DNA of 63,602 bases, counting the filler, from Octopus bimaculoides (Eukaryota), in the NCBI RefSeq assembly GCF_001194135.2. It is 6 parts of 5 records of this genome, joined end to end, with 100 filler letters (N's around TTAATTAATTAA, not from the genome) between each part and the next. Parts side by side here need not be neighbours in the genome. Positions count along the whole stretch, not along the records: positions 12,962 to 24,674 come from NC_068989.1; positions 24,775 to 43,768 come from NC_069003.1; 4 more parts are not named here. One strand, 5' to 3'. This document shows positions 23,689-35,178 of the stretch, piece after piece. The stretch's first letter is position 1. Each line of letters starts with the position of its first letter. The notes under the pieces were generated by a model that worked only from the letters and a program-made list of their open reading frames with translations, searched no databases and was not told the origin of the DNA. The translations under genes and the position numbers were made by a program.

Positions 23689-24674
23689 TTGTGCTTTAAA
23701 GCACATATTTCAATAGTCACGCTCAAAATTGGTTGTGTAAATGTGCGTGGCTTGCGGTCCCCTTGGAAACAAGGGTACCTCTTAAATGATATCAAGTCAC
23801 ATAACTTGGAAATCATAGCCATAAGTGAGACCAGACTCCATGAGCCGCGGGCCCTAAAGTCCATGTTTGGCGGACAATTGAACATTTATTTTTCTCCCTG
23901 TCTGCCAAGGATGGGTGGTAGTGGCACGGCGGTTCTCTTTCGCAAGACACTGGATCTTGAAGTAAAGACGATATTCATAGACCCGGAGGGTAGACTGGTT
24001 GTGCTGGATGTCGACGGCAGCGATGGGTGCGCCTTTCAACTGCTAGCAGTCTATGTTCCTCCTTCAACAGGTCGGTCAGATTTCTTTCGATGTCTAGAGG
24101 TATTTCTGGGAACGTCTCATCCTTTACTTTTAGTGGGTGATTGGAATGCTACTACCTTGGACACGTATCTAGACTACGTGGGGAGAGACAACAATAGAAA
24201 GGGATGCGAATGCCTCAGAGACCTGCTCAGACACTTTCAACTGTCTGACAGGTACCGACTCGAACACCCAAACGTGCCAATGCGGACATGGAGCAACCGC
24301 ATTGGGTTGTCGAGATTGTATCTAGATAGGATACTGTGTAGGACAATAGATAGAGATAGCTTAGGATGTCCACAATTCCACACAGTCAGCTACACGGATC
24401 ACAAACTTGTGACGTGTACACTAGACTTAGATAAGGCACATAGGCAGGGTCGCGGTTACTGGAAACTAAACGCGTCTTTCCCATCGAGACAGATTTTCAG
24501 AGACCCGATCAGCACGTTAGTAAAGAGGGCTTTGACGGGAGCCATCATCAACAACAAATGGTGGTTTGCTCTCAAGAGAGCAGTAAAAGCAGAAGCAACT
24601 AGATATAGCAAAGCACTAGCCGTAGATAGAAACAGAGTAGAGAGAGAGCTAGTGAACAAGTTAGAGGAGGCAAT
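23689..24674 (+). mobile_element. Tx1/L1-clade LINE ORF2 N-terminus (AP endonuclease), truncated by gap
   Basis: CVNVRGL, ISETRL, VGDWNA, YLDRIL, TDHKLV, GYWKLNAS motifs. Confidence 0.9.
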
Positions 24675-24775
24675 NNNNNNNNNNNNNNNNNNNNNNNNNN
24701 NNNNNNNNNNNNNNNNNNTTAATTAATTAANNNNNNNNNNNNNNNNNNNNNNNNNNNNNNNNNNNNNNNNNNNNA

Positions 24776-24867
24776 CTAGGCTTAGAGTAAGTCCTGGGGG
24801 GGGCGATTTTCTCGACTAAAAGGTGGTGCTCCAGCATGGCCTCAGTCAAAAGAGTAAAGAGTAAAGA

Positions 24868-24870
<3 letters not shown>
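24776..24870 (+). mobile_element. SINE family B 3' tail fragment
   Basis: CGACTAAAAGGTGGTGCTCCAGCATGGCC.CAGTCAAA..AGAGTAAAGAG is the reverse complement of the tails at 47541 and 57525. Confidence 0.75.
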
Positions 24871-24902
<32 letters not shown>

Positions 24903-25239
24903 CATATTCACAACACGTATGTACACATCATATCCACATATGCACATATATACATCTCGCTGGTGATGATACTGGTCTCGTCTCCTCTGTGTCGTTGGTA
25001 CCGGACTGGTCATCCTCTCTGTCTGTGACATTTGTATTGGGGTCGATGGTGTTACAGCTGGTGTTCTGCTACTATCATCGAGAAAGTTACCGGCCCTGCA
25101 CCTTGTGTTACCAGCAGCGGCACCAGCACCACCGCCGGCTGCATCAGCGCCAACCATAAGACCGAAGATGTCAAACCACGGCGGAGCAATGCACCATAAT
25201 GACAACATCAGCATCGGCGACACCAACATCTCCAGGCCC

Positions 25240-25610
25240 GAGACCTGACAGAGATACACCAGGAATGCGAATATGGCCTGCTCCCAAGCCTGTAAATATA
25301 TCGGATCGGCCAACACAGCTTTCAAGCGACGCTTCTGCAACCACCAATCATCCTTTAGAGTCCCAGATAGACGTTTTGTCACGTCCCGGGCTAGCTATAT
25401 GTGGTATCTCAAAGATATGTCAGGGGGAAGATCATAGACCAGGCCCATATATTAATGGGAGCGGGCGCTGCAAAATATGCATCGGAGAGCGAACCAAAAT
25501 TCTTAAAAACTATGCTAAGCCTGGCGCGTTAAATAATTGTAAAGAAATGTTCTCAAAATGTGTTCATTTCAAGCACTACCTACGGGAAAATTGGGTTTCC
25601 CCGTTGGCTG
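25240..25610 (+). mobile_element. Penelope-like GIY-YIG endonuclease C-terminus (decayed)
   Basis: Frame from 25297: YIGSANTAFKRRFCNHQSSFR...ASYMWYLKD; then PYINGSGRCKICIGERTKIL...LNNCKEMFSKCVH. Confidence 0.8.
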
Positions 25611-25695
25611 TTTAAGCTAATAAGAGACCTTAACGAAATAAATCCTAGCTTCCATATCCTCTGATCCAGGAGAGATAAGCCAGTTGGTGTCTACA

Positions 25696-26080
25696 TTACT
25701 TCACGAAATTAGCGGGGTGTCTATCAGGGCCTACAGCAGAATAGTATTTGATCTCATTTATTGCTGTTATGATGTCTGAAGCAGTAAAGGTTACGTCCGA
25801 GATTATAAGTTGAGGACTAACTTCGTTCACATCCCTTGCATCAATATCAGTGGGATCACTTAAGATAGAACAGTATTGTTTCTGCTGTATTTCTGCCATT
25901 TTTTAGCATCATATTGGAGAATGCCGTTATCATCAATCAGTGGACCAATGGCTGAGACAGCGATCGTACGCTTATTGGTATATGAACAGAACACTTTTGG
26001 GTTCTGTTTAATTATTTTGATTACCCATTGTTTCTCTGCAGCTCTTTGATTTTCAATGCAGGTTTTCACTTGGTCTGCAA
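25696..26080 (-). mobile_element. CR1-group LINE ORF2 linker fragment
   Basis: IKQNPKVFCSY...IGPLID...QYCSILS...IITAINEIKYYSAVGPD, homologous to the 60236-60811 region. Confidence 0.7.
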
Positions 26081-26122
26081 AAGCTTTTCCAATTCAAGTC
26101 CATTGTTGTAGAATGTAGATGA

Positions 26123-26158
26123 TGTCCGATGAACGGGAACGTGAAACTCCGAGTAACA
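26123..26158 (+). ncRNA. Hammerhead-like motif with CCGAUGA core variant
   Basis: TGT-CCGATGA-ACG/GGAA/CGT-GAAA-CTC-C-GAG-TA|ACA: all three helices can be drawn; predicted GUA site after 26155. Confidence 0.6.
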
Positions 26159-26384
26159 GTTTTTTTTTATATTTCTGCTGCTTTTAAATAAAGCATATTA
26201 CTCTACCTCTGGTATTTGAGTACTCTTTTTTCCACCTTGTTGCACATTCATGTGCTTACTCTGGTATATATATATACAGTGTACATTTAAACACATAAGA
26301 GGTATCCATCATAGGATTCCTTGCACGCTAGGGATAAAACTTCGAAGGAAATGAAAAATGGACCATGGATTCAGAAAAATTAGA

Positions 26385-27221
26385 CTGGATTGCCTCGTGT
26401 ATATATGGTTATAAAAAACATTAAAGCAAACCCAAAGGCTTTCTTTCATTATACTAAAGAAACAACCTCAGTACGCTGCAAAATAGGACCTCTCTTCCAA
26501 AAGGATGGCTCTCTCACAGATAGTCCAACCAGGATCAGTGAGGTACTGCATGACCAGTTCAAAAGTGTCTTTACCACCCCGTTGGAACACAGGCAACTGA
26601 ACGAACCAGTGGATTTCTTTGCCACCTCACCTATAACCAGCAAGGCAGTTACGATGGATTATATCTACATTAGCTAAGAAGATACACTACTAGCCATAGA
26701 TGAGGTGGACGCAAACTCAACTGCTGGTCCTGATGGTTTCCCAGCAATCCTCCTCAAATCGTGTAAGTGTGCTCTGGCGAAACCTCCACAGATTCTCTTC
26801 CAGAGCTTTCTTGCAAATGGCAGGCCGCGAAGCAAACTGAAGGAGGGGACAATATGCCCAATCCATAAAGGAGGAAGCAGAGCAGATGCCAAAAACTATA
26901 GGACTATCTCTCTGACTTCACACATCAGCAAAGTCATGGAACGGATAGTCAGAGGGAAACTAATCGCATTCCTTGAAGAAAACAACTTGCTGAGTGATAC
27001 CCAGCATGGCTTCCGGCCAGGTGGGAACTGCCTGACCCAGCTCTCACAACACTATGACTGGGTGTTGAGGCAGTTACTCAACAACTCAAAAGTGGACGTT
27101 ATATACCTTGACTTTGCAAAAGCTTTTCATAAAGTGGATCATTGTACGATATGCTACAAACTGCGTGATCTCAGCAGACCTGAAAAACTTGGAGAGTGAT
27201 TACATGACTTTCTGAAAGATA
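26385..27221 (+). mobile_element. CR1-group LINE, RT N-terminal half
   Basis: PIHKGGSRADAKNYRTISLTS...QHGFRPG..CLTQL...VDVIYLDFAKAFHKVDH. Confidence 0.9.
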
Positions 27222-27885
27222 TTAGGTTGTCAAAAAGTTCTTGCGGAATTTTTAATGATGTATTTTAATGATGTATTTTCAAATTAATTTTCGTTAAATT
27301 ACATTGACTTTATATATATTTTTAAAGCCGGTTTTTCGCTCTATCTAATCGTATTACTCTTTTTTTATTTTGAATAATTAGGCCATTTTTTCCACAACGG
27401 TGAATACAACATGGAAAAAAACAAATTCCACAATTTTCTTATTTCAGTTCAAGCTAGGCCGAAAAGCTGCTGAAACATCTCGCGATATCAACGATGCGTT
27501 TGGCCCAGGAACCACTAATGAACGTACAGCACAATGGTGGTTCAAGAAATTTCGTAGCAATGACGAGTCTTGAAGATGATAAGCGTAGTGGTCGGCCATC
27601 GGATATTGACAACGATCAACTAAGAGCCTAAGTGGAAGCCAATCCACGCACAATTGTTCAAGAGCTTTACGACAAGATATTTTGGCCAATGCTGTCGTAT
27701 ACGACAATTTCCAACCACTTGAAAGAGATTGGAAAAACAAAAATACTTGAGAAATGTGTGCCGCACGAATTGAACGACAACCAAAAACGACGCCCTTTTA
27801 AAGTGTCGTCTTCCCTTCTTTTACGCAACAAGAACGACCTGTTTCTCGACCGGATTGTGATTTGCGATGAAAAGTAGATTATTTA
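27222..27885 (+). mobile_element. Mariner transposon 5' half (Hsmar1/cecropia-like) inserted at a TA within the LINE
   Basis: TA + TTAGGTTGTCAAAAAGTTCTTGCGG TIR; frameshifted FKLGRKAAET...QWWFKKF...EDDKRSGRPS...VPHELNDNQK...RIVICDEK. Confidence 0.9.
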
Positions 27886-28105
27886 CGACAAAGTGGATGT
27901 AGGTGTTTTCAAATCAAAACTGGACCTCTTCCTGTCGAGAGTCACGGATGAACCTACCTCACGGCAAGAGGTGCAAATGAGGGTAGCGTCATCAAACTCC
28001 CTTATTCACCAAATGCCACATATTAGAGGAGGCTCTCAATAATAACAGTGTAACAAAACGGCGGTGCACCAGCATAGCCGCTGCTCTGAGCTGAAACTAC
28101 AGAAA
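27886..28105 (+). mobile_element. 3' end of the CR1-group LINE
   Basis: VDVGVFKSKLDLFLSRVTDEP...ASSNSLIHQ, a typical ORF2 terminus, followed by 3' UTR and an A-rich end. Confidence 0.7.
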
Positions 28106-28316
28106 AAAGAATATATATATATAATCAAGATTTCTAATGAAGTAATAGGCAGTGAAGAGAAGCCGTCATAAGAAAACTTTTAACTACCTCTATTCCTTTC
28201 TCCCCCTTTCTCTCTCTACCTCTTCCTCTCTCGCTCTCTCAAACGCATACACGTGCAAGTACACAATCATTCAGTAAAATATAACCCATGTTCGTCAATG
28301 TTTTGTAAATATACCA

Positions 28317-28514
28317 CGATTTTCACTAGGGTGTTAGGGTTAGGGTTTTAGGGTTACGGTTACGGTTACGGTTAGGATTAGGATTAGTGTTACGGTTACG
28401 GTTTTAGGGTCACGGTTAGGGTTTTAGGGTTAGGGTTAGGGTTTAGGGTTAGTGTTATGATTAGGTTTAGGATTAGGGTTGGGTAATCGCGCTGGTGTTA
28501 ATCTGAAAAATTAC
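28317..28514. repeat. Degenerate TTAGGG-like array within a dispersed element
   Basis: TTAGGG/TTACGG/TTAGGA/TTAGTG hexamers at 28327-28483; homologous locus at 44956-45148. Confidence 0.85.
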
Positions 28515-28539
28515 AGATATGTGAAAAGTACCGGCCCTG

Positions 28540-29061
28540 CCATCTGTTATAACTTTTGTTGTTCTATTCAATATATACATAGATTATGCCTCCAAAGAGA
28601 GTTTGCTGGGGAAAGAAAGCAACCGGTTTAAAATGACAGCAACAGACTGCAACAATTCTCCACATTCCAGAAGCTACTTTGAACATAATGCAAAATGGTG
28701 CATCAACATCTTCTGCCCAATCTGATAGAATTCTGGCAATTGCTTCATCAGAAATTGCCGTCCTAGCTCCTGCGAAAAGGGATACCCTGCTATGTATAAT
28801 CAGGGCAGCACAAAAAGTTGTTTTGCACAAGCATTTCTATAGCCAATTAGACGGATGAAATTTACGTACGCTTAATAATGTTACGCAAAACAGCCTTCAG
28901 ACTTTCCCTATTAATTTCATCGTCTTTTGAATTATGAACATATTGACATCATAAGGGTTTTTTCATTGTAAGGGTTTTTTCTTAGTTGATTTTCACCGAG
29001 CAATACTTATCGTAGATGGCGTAATAAGTCGCACCCGGACAAGGTCGGGTTATACTGCTAG
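28540..29061 (+). mobile_element. Helitron-like element (3' terminus supported, 5' end uncertain)
   Basis: Hairpin ACCCG-GACAAGGT-CGGGT (29033-29050), then CTAG (29058-29061) followed by T: a canonical Helitron 3' end. Confidence 0.55.
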
Positions 29062-29371
29062 TTATATATATTTATGTATGCATGTGTGTGTGTATTATAT
29101 ATTCTATACACATATATATTATACATATGATATATATTATATATATTATATATTTTTCATATTNNNNNNNNNNNNNNNNNNNNNNNNNNNNNNNNNNNNN
29201 NNNNNNNNNNNNNNNNNNNNNNNNNNNNNNNNNNNNNNNNNNNNNNNNNNNNNNNNNNNNNNNNNNNNNNNNNNNNNNNNNNNNNNNNNNNNNNNNNNNN
29301 NNNNNNNNNNNNNNNNNNNNNNNNNNNNNNNNNNNNNNNNNNNNNNNNATATATATATATATATATATATA

Positions 29372-29541
29372 CATACGACGGACTTCTTTCAATTTATCGT
29401 CTACCATATCCACTGATAAGGCTTTGGTCGGCCCGAGGTTATAGTAGAAGACATTTGCCCAAGGTGCCATGCAGTGGAACTGAACCCGGAACCATGTGGT
29501 TGGTAAGCAAGCTACTTACTACACAGCCACTCCTGCGCCTG
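29372..29541 (-). mobile_element. SINE family B 5' part
   Basis: Sense head CAGGCGCAGGAGTGGCTGTGTAAGTAAGTAGCTTGCTTACCAACCACATGGTTCCGGGTTCAGTTCC. Confidence 0.9.
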
Positions 29542-29606
29542 TACATATAATATATATATATTATACACACACACACACACATATGTATATATATATTACA
29601 TATATG

Positions 29607-29689
<83 letters not shown>

Positions 29690-29691
<2 letters not shown>

Positions 29692-29802
29692 TTTCTCTCC
29701 GTGTTTGACCCCACCCCACCATCACCACTTGACAACCGAAGTTGGTGTCTGCAACTTCGACACCTAGAGGTTCGGCAAAAGAGACCGATACAATAAGTAT
29801 CA
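29690..29802 (+). mobile_element. SINE family B 3' part following (TG)n
   Basis: TTGACAACCGA...GGTTCGGCAAAAGAGACCGATA.AATAAGTA is the reverse complement of 47640-47720. Confidence 0.7.
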
Positions 29803-29834
29803 GAAGCCATAAACGAAACTTATGGCAAATCAAC

Positions 29835-31080
29835 TTCTTTAGTCTTATGACTAACCGAGAGATTCCACAACCGAGAGATTTCAAAATGGGACCAATTGTG
29901 GCCGGTCCTTCCTGTGAGACATACCGTCTCAGTAACTTTATTGACGTCTTCCTAAAACCTATTGTCCAGCATATACCGAGCTTAATAAAAGATGACATGG
30001 ACTTTTTAAACAATCTCACGAACAAAACCAGCAAGGACTCCTTTCTGGTTTCATTCGATGTAATAAACCGCTACACTTTGATTTCTCACAAATACGGAAT
30101 AGGAGCCATACAATTCTGGCTTGAAAAATTCCCAAATGACATTCCTGACCGAATCGGAACAGGCTTCATCATTGAAGGACTAGAATCCATCCTACAGAAC
30201 AACGAGAACACCTACAGACAAAAATCGGGCACTGCGATAGGAACGAGGGTAGCTCATTTTTGCTAACCTTGTCATGTCATATTTGGAAGTGAAAATATAC
30301 GATCACGCTAGACTAAAATTTGAAGACAACTTCCAAAAATACTTACTCGTCAACTGAAAATACTACCTGGACGATTGTTTCATTCTGTGGTCGCATAACA
30401 TTAAGCAACTCTTAGAATTTAAAATCTTAATCAATAGCATTAACCACAGTATTCAATTTACAATGGAACACAATCACAAACAGCTACCATTCTTGGACAT
30501 TTTAATCATGAAAAGAGATACTAAAATTAAAACCGACATACAATCCGAGGAACATGGAAGCATACAACATCATCTATCAAAACATTCCCCTCCTTATTGA
30601 CGACCTGCGAGTAAAAACAGCACTGGAAACACAGAATTATTAAAAGTAAGAGACAACCACACTCCCTAAAAAGGTTGCTTACCATCGCCAAATTACCCAC
30701 CAAAAATACGATCCCACTAATTAAAAAAATGAAACCGCCCTAACTGCGGGACTTGCATCTACTTCTTGGAGGATTTAACATATGTCAGGTCAAACTTTCA
30801 CCATAAAAAATCACTTCGCATGTGTATTGAAGAACTTAATCTATGTCCTCAAATGTAGTGGGAGTGATGGAGACTACATAGGTCAAACTACTTTCACCTT
30901 GAGCGACAGACTGACAGTACACAGACAACTAATCCGGGACACAACGTCCAGGAAATTTCTTGTAAGCAAACACCTAGGTCATTACCCAATAGGCATAAAA
31001 CTCGAAATACCAAACCTTCCCTCTCTATCAACGCACTGGAAACACTTCAACCAAATTCCGTTTGAATAAGGAAAGCATAC
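29835..31080 (+). mobile_element. Penelope-like element: decayed RT + GIY-YIG
   Basis: GPIVAGPSCETYRLSNFIDVFLKP...LVSFDV..Y...GTAIGTRVA...YLDDCFILW...LPFLDI; then NLIYVLKC...YIGQT...RLTVHR. Confidence 0.9.
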
Positions 31081-32633
31081 TCATTAGAATATAAACTGCA
31101 ACTAAATATCCTTTAATAACACACTAGAAAGAAGAAAACAAGTCAATTCTCAACAAAAAAGCAATCTGATACAACAGACATAATTCGAAAACTTTAGAAA
31201 CCCCAACTCCAAATCACTATACAATAATACCAAACACCTTCCCAAACACCAGTTGCTGACGTCACTTCTCACTAGACCAATGAAATTTTACCTCCGATCA
31301 GAACCAGACCCTCAGAAAAAATAAACTGACTCCTTAAGAGAATCAACCAATCGGAACGGTTGATGACCATTAGGCAAAAATTAATGACCGAGTCCCTACA
31401 GGGAAGTCAACCAAGCAGGACGCCAAATTTGACCAAAACAAAAGCAGGTTCTTTATCAAAATAAAATGATGTCACAAAACCTACTACCAATCAAAATGTG
31501 TTCCTATGTACAGAGAACCAACCACTTAGGCCAAGACAGAATGTATTTTTTGACCAAAAATATCCACCAGAAAGAATAAGACGTTATCAAATTTATAATG
31601 AATCAAAAATTAGATCCTTTCGCATAAAAACATATATATACACAAGATATTCTCTGATTCCAAAACAAAACTCCTTTAAAAGCAATGAGCCTAGTACGTG
31701 ACTGAAAGAAGAACTACACGCAAGACGACATAAGCTGTAAAAAATACTTCTTTTACTCTCTTCCTCTTTTCTTTTCTCTCCCTTGTCCACGAATTCTATG
31801 AAACTTCAGTATGACCGAGCTTTTAAGTAATGTACATTTATTATATTCTTCACCGAACATTTAATTTGATATTATCTATCCCTGAGAAACTCATTGAATT
31901 TTATGCGAACATATGATCGTTTAAACATGTTGTTCGATTTATATTTCTTAATTTTAAACACTGTTAAAAATCCCATTCTTTTATATACATTTGTACCATT
32001 GATAAACAAAATATTGTTGAAAATAATTTGGTATGTATGTGAATAAATCTATTTAGAAGCAACTGCACGTTTTTCAAATTCAGGTGCATTTTCAAAAACA
32101 AATTTCGTATATTTTTTCCTGTATGGGAATACACCTCCTTTTCCACACACACACACACAGACACACACACACACACACACAGACACACACACATACACAC
32201 ATACACGACACACNNNNNNNNNNNNNNNNNNNNNNNNNNNNNNNNNNNNNNNNNNNNNNNNNNNNNNNNNNNNNNNNNNNNNNNNNNNNNNNNNNNNNNN
32301 NNNNNNNNNNNNNNNNNNNNNNNNNNNNNNNNNNNNNNNNNNNNNNNNNNNNNNNNNNNNNNNNNNNNNNNNNNNNNNNNNNNNNNNNNNNNNNNNNNNN
32401 NNNNNNNNNNNNNNNNNNNNNNNNNNNNNNNNNNNNNNNNNNNNNNNNNNNNNNNNNNNNNNNNNNNNNNNNNNNNNNNNNNNNNNNNNNNNNNNNNNNN
32501 NNNNNNNNNNNNNNNNNNNNNNNNNNNNNNNNNNNNNNNNNNNNNNNNNNNNNNNNNNNNNNNNNNNNNNNNNNNNNNNNNNNNNNNNNNNNNNNNNNNN
32601 NNNNNNNNNNNNNNNNNNNNNNNNNNNNNNNNN

Positions 32634-32904
32634 ATAGACCCCATATGGTCTGACCACTAAGAAAAATTGTTCTCAAGGAAATTTGGCAAACGCCAGAACG
32701 TAAAGCAATCAAGACAAATGAAAAGATACAAAATAGTCACATACCAGGTTTCATTGTTACCATTTACATTACGTAAAAGACTGTAAATCGTCAGTGTGAT
32801 CACCATAGAAAATATAATTTGCAGAACTATACACGAGACGTCCTCACGAGAAAGAATTTTCTTGAGAACAATTTTTCTTAGTAGTCAGACTATATGGGGT
32901 CTAT
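32634..32904. mobile_element. MITE (~270 bp) with ~43-bp TIRs, TA-flanked
   Basis: Left TAGACCCCATATGGTCTGACCACTAAGAAAAATTGTTCTCAAG; right CTTGAGAACAATTTTTCTTAGTAGTCAGACTATATGGGGTCTA (2 mismatches). Confidence 0.85.
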
Positions 32905-33147
32905 ATTTAGCATATTAGGAGTCCACCTAGTGGTCATTCCTCTTATATGTATATATATATATATATATAGACAGACACACACATGGGATACTGTATAACT
33001 GGTTGGGTGCATCCCTCAGTGCAGACGCATGTCGTCAGATGATATAATAGGGGGTATCTCGTTAAATAAAATATGTTTCGTTCGGTTTTAATACATGTTG
33101 CTAGTGACGGTGTGCTTAAGCCGTTGGGCAAGAATGTGCGTGTGTGT

Positions 33148-33366
33148 ATACGACGAGTTTCTTTCAGTTTCCTTCTACCCAAAAGGGTTGGTCGACCCGA
33201 AGCTATAGTAGAAGATACATGCCCAAGGTGCCATACAATGGGATTGAACCCAGAACCATGTGGTTGGGAAGCAAACTTCTTAACACACAGTCAAGGTCCC
33301 ATGCAGTGGGACTGAAACCGGAACCGCATGGTTGGCAAGCAAGCTTCTTACTACACAGCCACGCCC
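33148..33366 (-). mobile_element. SINE family B with tandemly duplicated tRNA-like head
   Basis: The CAAGGT.CCAT.CA.TGGGA.TGAA.CC.GAACC..ATGGTTGG.AAGCAA.CTTCTT unit occurs twice (~33224 and ~33292). Confidence 0.8.
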
Positions 33367-33730
33367 GATAAAAATATAGAGTGAATTCCATATCAAAACC
33401 TTCAGGTTCCGAGCATGGTTAAGTACCACCCCACTACCACCTTCATATTTAGTACACGCGCGCGCACACAGCGATACATACGCACACAAACACACGCACA
33501 TACACGCTCACACGCACGCATACACACACAGACACATATACACTTACACATACACACATGCACTCATGCATACACAGACATGTGCAGTAACAGGCTCCTA
33601 CTCAGCTGTGGTGACGGTGGTTCTAGTGACGATGGTAATGATGATGATCATGGTGATTACAGTAGTAATGCTGATGGTGGTGATGATGGTGGTCGTGCTG
33701 GTAGCGGTAGTAGTAGTAGTTGTAGTTGTA

Positions 33731-33785
<55 letters not shown>

Positions 33786-34733
33786 ATATAATATAATATA
33801 ATATTATATATNNNNNNNNNNNNNNNNNNNNNNNNNNNNNNNNNNNNNNNNNNNNNNNNNNNNNNNNNNNNNNNNNNNNNNNNNNNNNNNNNNNNNNNNN
33901 NNNNNNNNNNNNNNNNNNNNNNNNNNNNNNNNNNNNNNNNNNNNNNNNNNNNNNNNNNNNNNNNNNNNNNNNNNNNNNNNNNNNNNNNNNNNNNNNNNNN
34001 NNNNNNNNNNNNNNNNNNNNNNNNNNNNNNNNNNNNNNNNNNNNNNNNNNNNNNNNNNNNNNNNNNNNNNNNNNNNNNNNNNNNNNNNNNNNNNNNNNNN
34101 NNNNNNNNNNNNNNNNNNNNNNNNNNNNNNNNNNNNNNNNNNNNNNNNNNNNNNNNNNNNNNNNNNNNNNNNNNNNNNNNNNNNNNNNNNNNNNNNNNNN
34201 NNNNNNNNNNNNNNNNNNNNNNNNTAATTAAAACAATAAATATAACAATTCCAATAGCAACAATATTCGCAAGAAGATGAAGAATGTCTGCGATTGCCTG
34301 TTGGGTTTTATCCCTAAAGCGACATGAAATCACTGCAATGGAAAGATCTGGTTTTCTGGATTTAATGCCACTTTGGCAGCAGACTGGTTATCAAAGACTT
34401 TGGCAAGGAAAAATAGCAACGGAATCGACCGAAATACATTCATACATGCATACATACATACATACATACATACATACATACATACATACATACATACATA
34501 CATACGTATACACACGCACACACACACACTCATATATATATTTATATGTATAAATGCATGTACATATTAACATACTTACATGTATATCATATTTACATAT
34601 ATATACATATATATATATATAGACATACATACACTCACACACTTTAAAAATCCTAAGAGCAAAGCACAACAAAAACGCCCATATAAAAAGTGAGTATACA
34701 TGAATATATAATACATATATGCTCATACATATG

Positions 34734-34771
<38 letters not shown>

Positions 34772-34843
34772 TGTGTGAGTGTGTACGTGTGTAAGATAGG
34801 ATAAAAGCAAAATAACTTTGTTTAGTGTTTTCATTAATATATC

Positions 34844-34888
<45 letters not shown>

Positions 34889-35178
34889 AGTAATGGGGAG
34901 TTTGTAAATTAAATTTTCCTTTGCGCGCGCGTGTCTGTGTGGAATATAATAGAATATTTCTGTAATCCTTTAATGCATAATGGAATGGTAATGCTAAAAC
35001 AGTAAGTTCTTTACCTAAACGAACACCACCTCCACAATCACTACAACCACCACTACTAACAACCACAACTACTACAGCAACAACATCGACATTAAGACTA
35101 ATAAAAGAAGCTGCACGAAGACCAATAACAACGATACCAACAACAATAAAACCAACGTCAGTAACACCAACAAACCCT

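Noticed and set aside
25616-25662. Hammerhead-like AAGCTA...GAAA...TAGCTT after the GIY-YIG fragment
   Set aside because: The core would need two or more substitutions, and no stem II or stem III can be drawn.
29372-29802. Inverted SINE pair forming dsRNA
   Set aside because: The two pieces are the head and the tail of family B, so they are not complementary to each other; only the short CA/TG tracts could pair.
31878-31920. CTGAGAAACTCAT...ATGCGAAC hammerhead-like string downstream of the Penelope element
   Set aside because: Several indels are needed in core positions.
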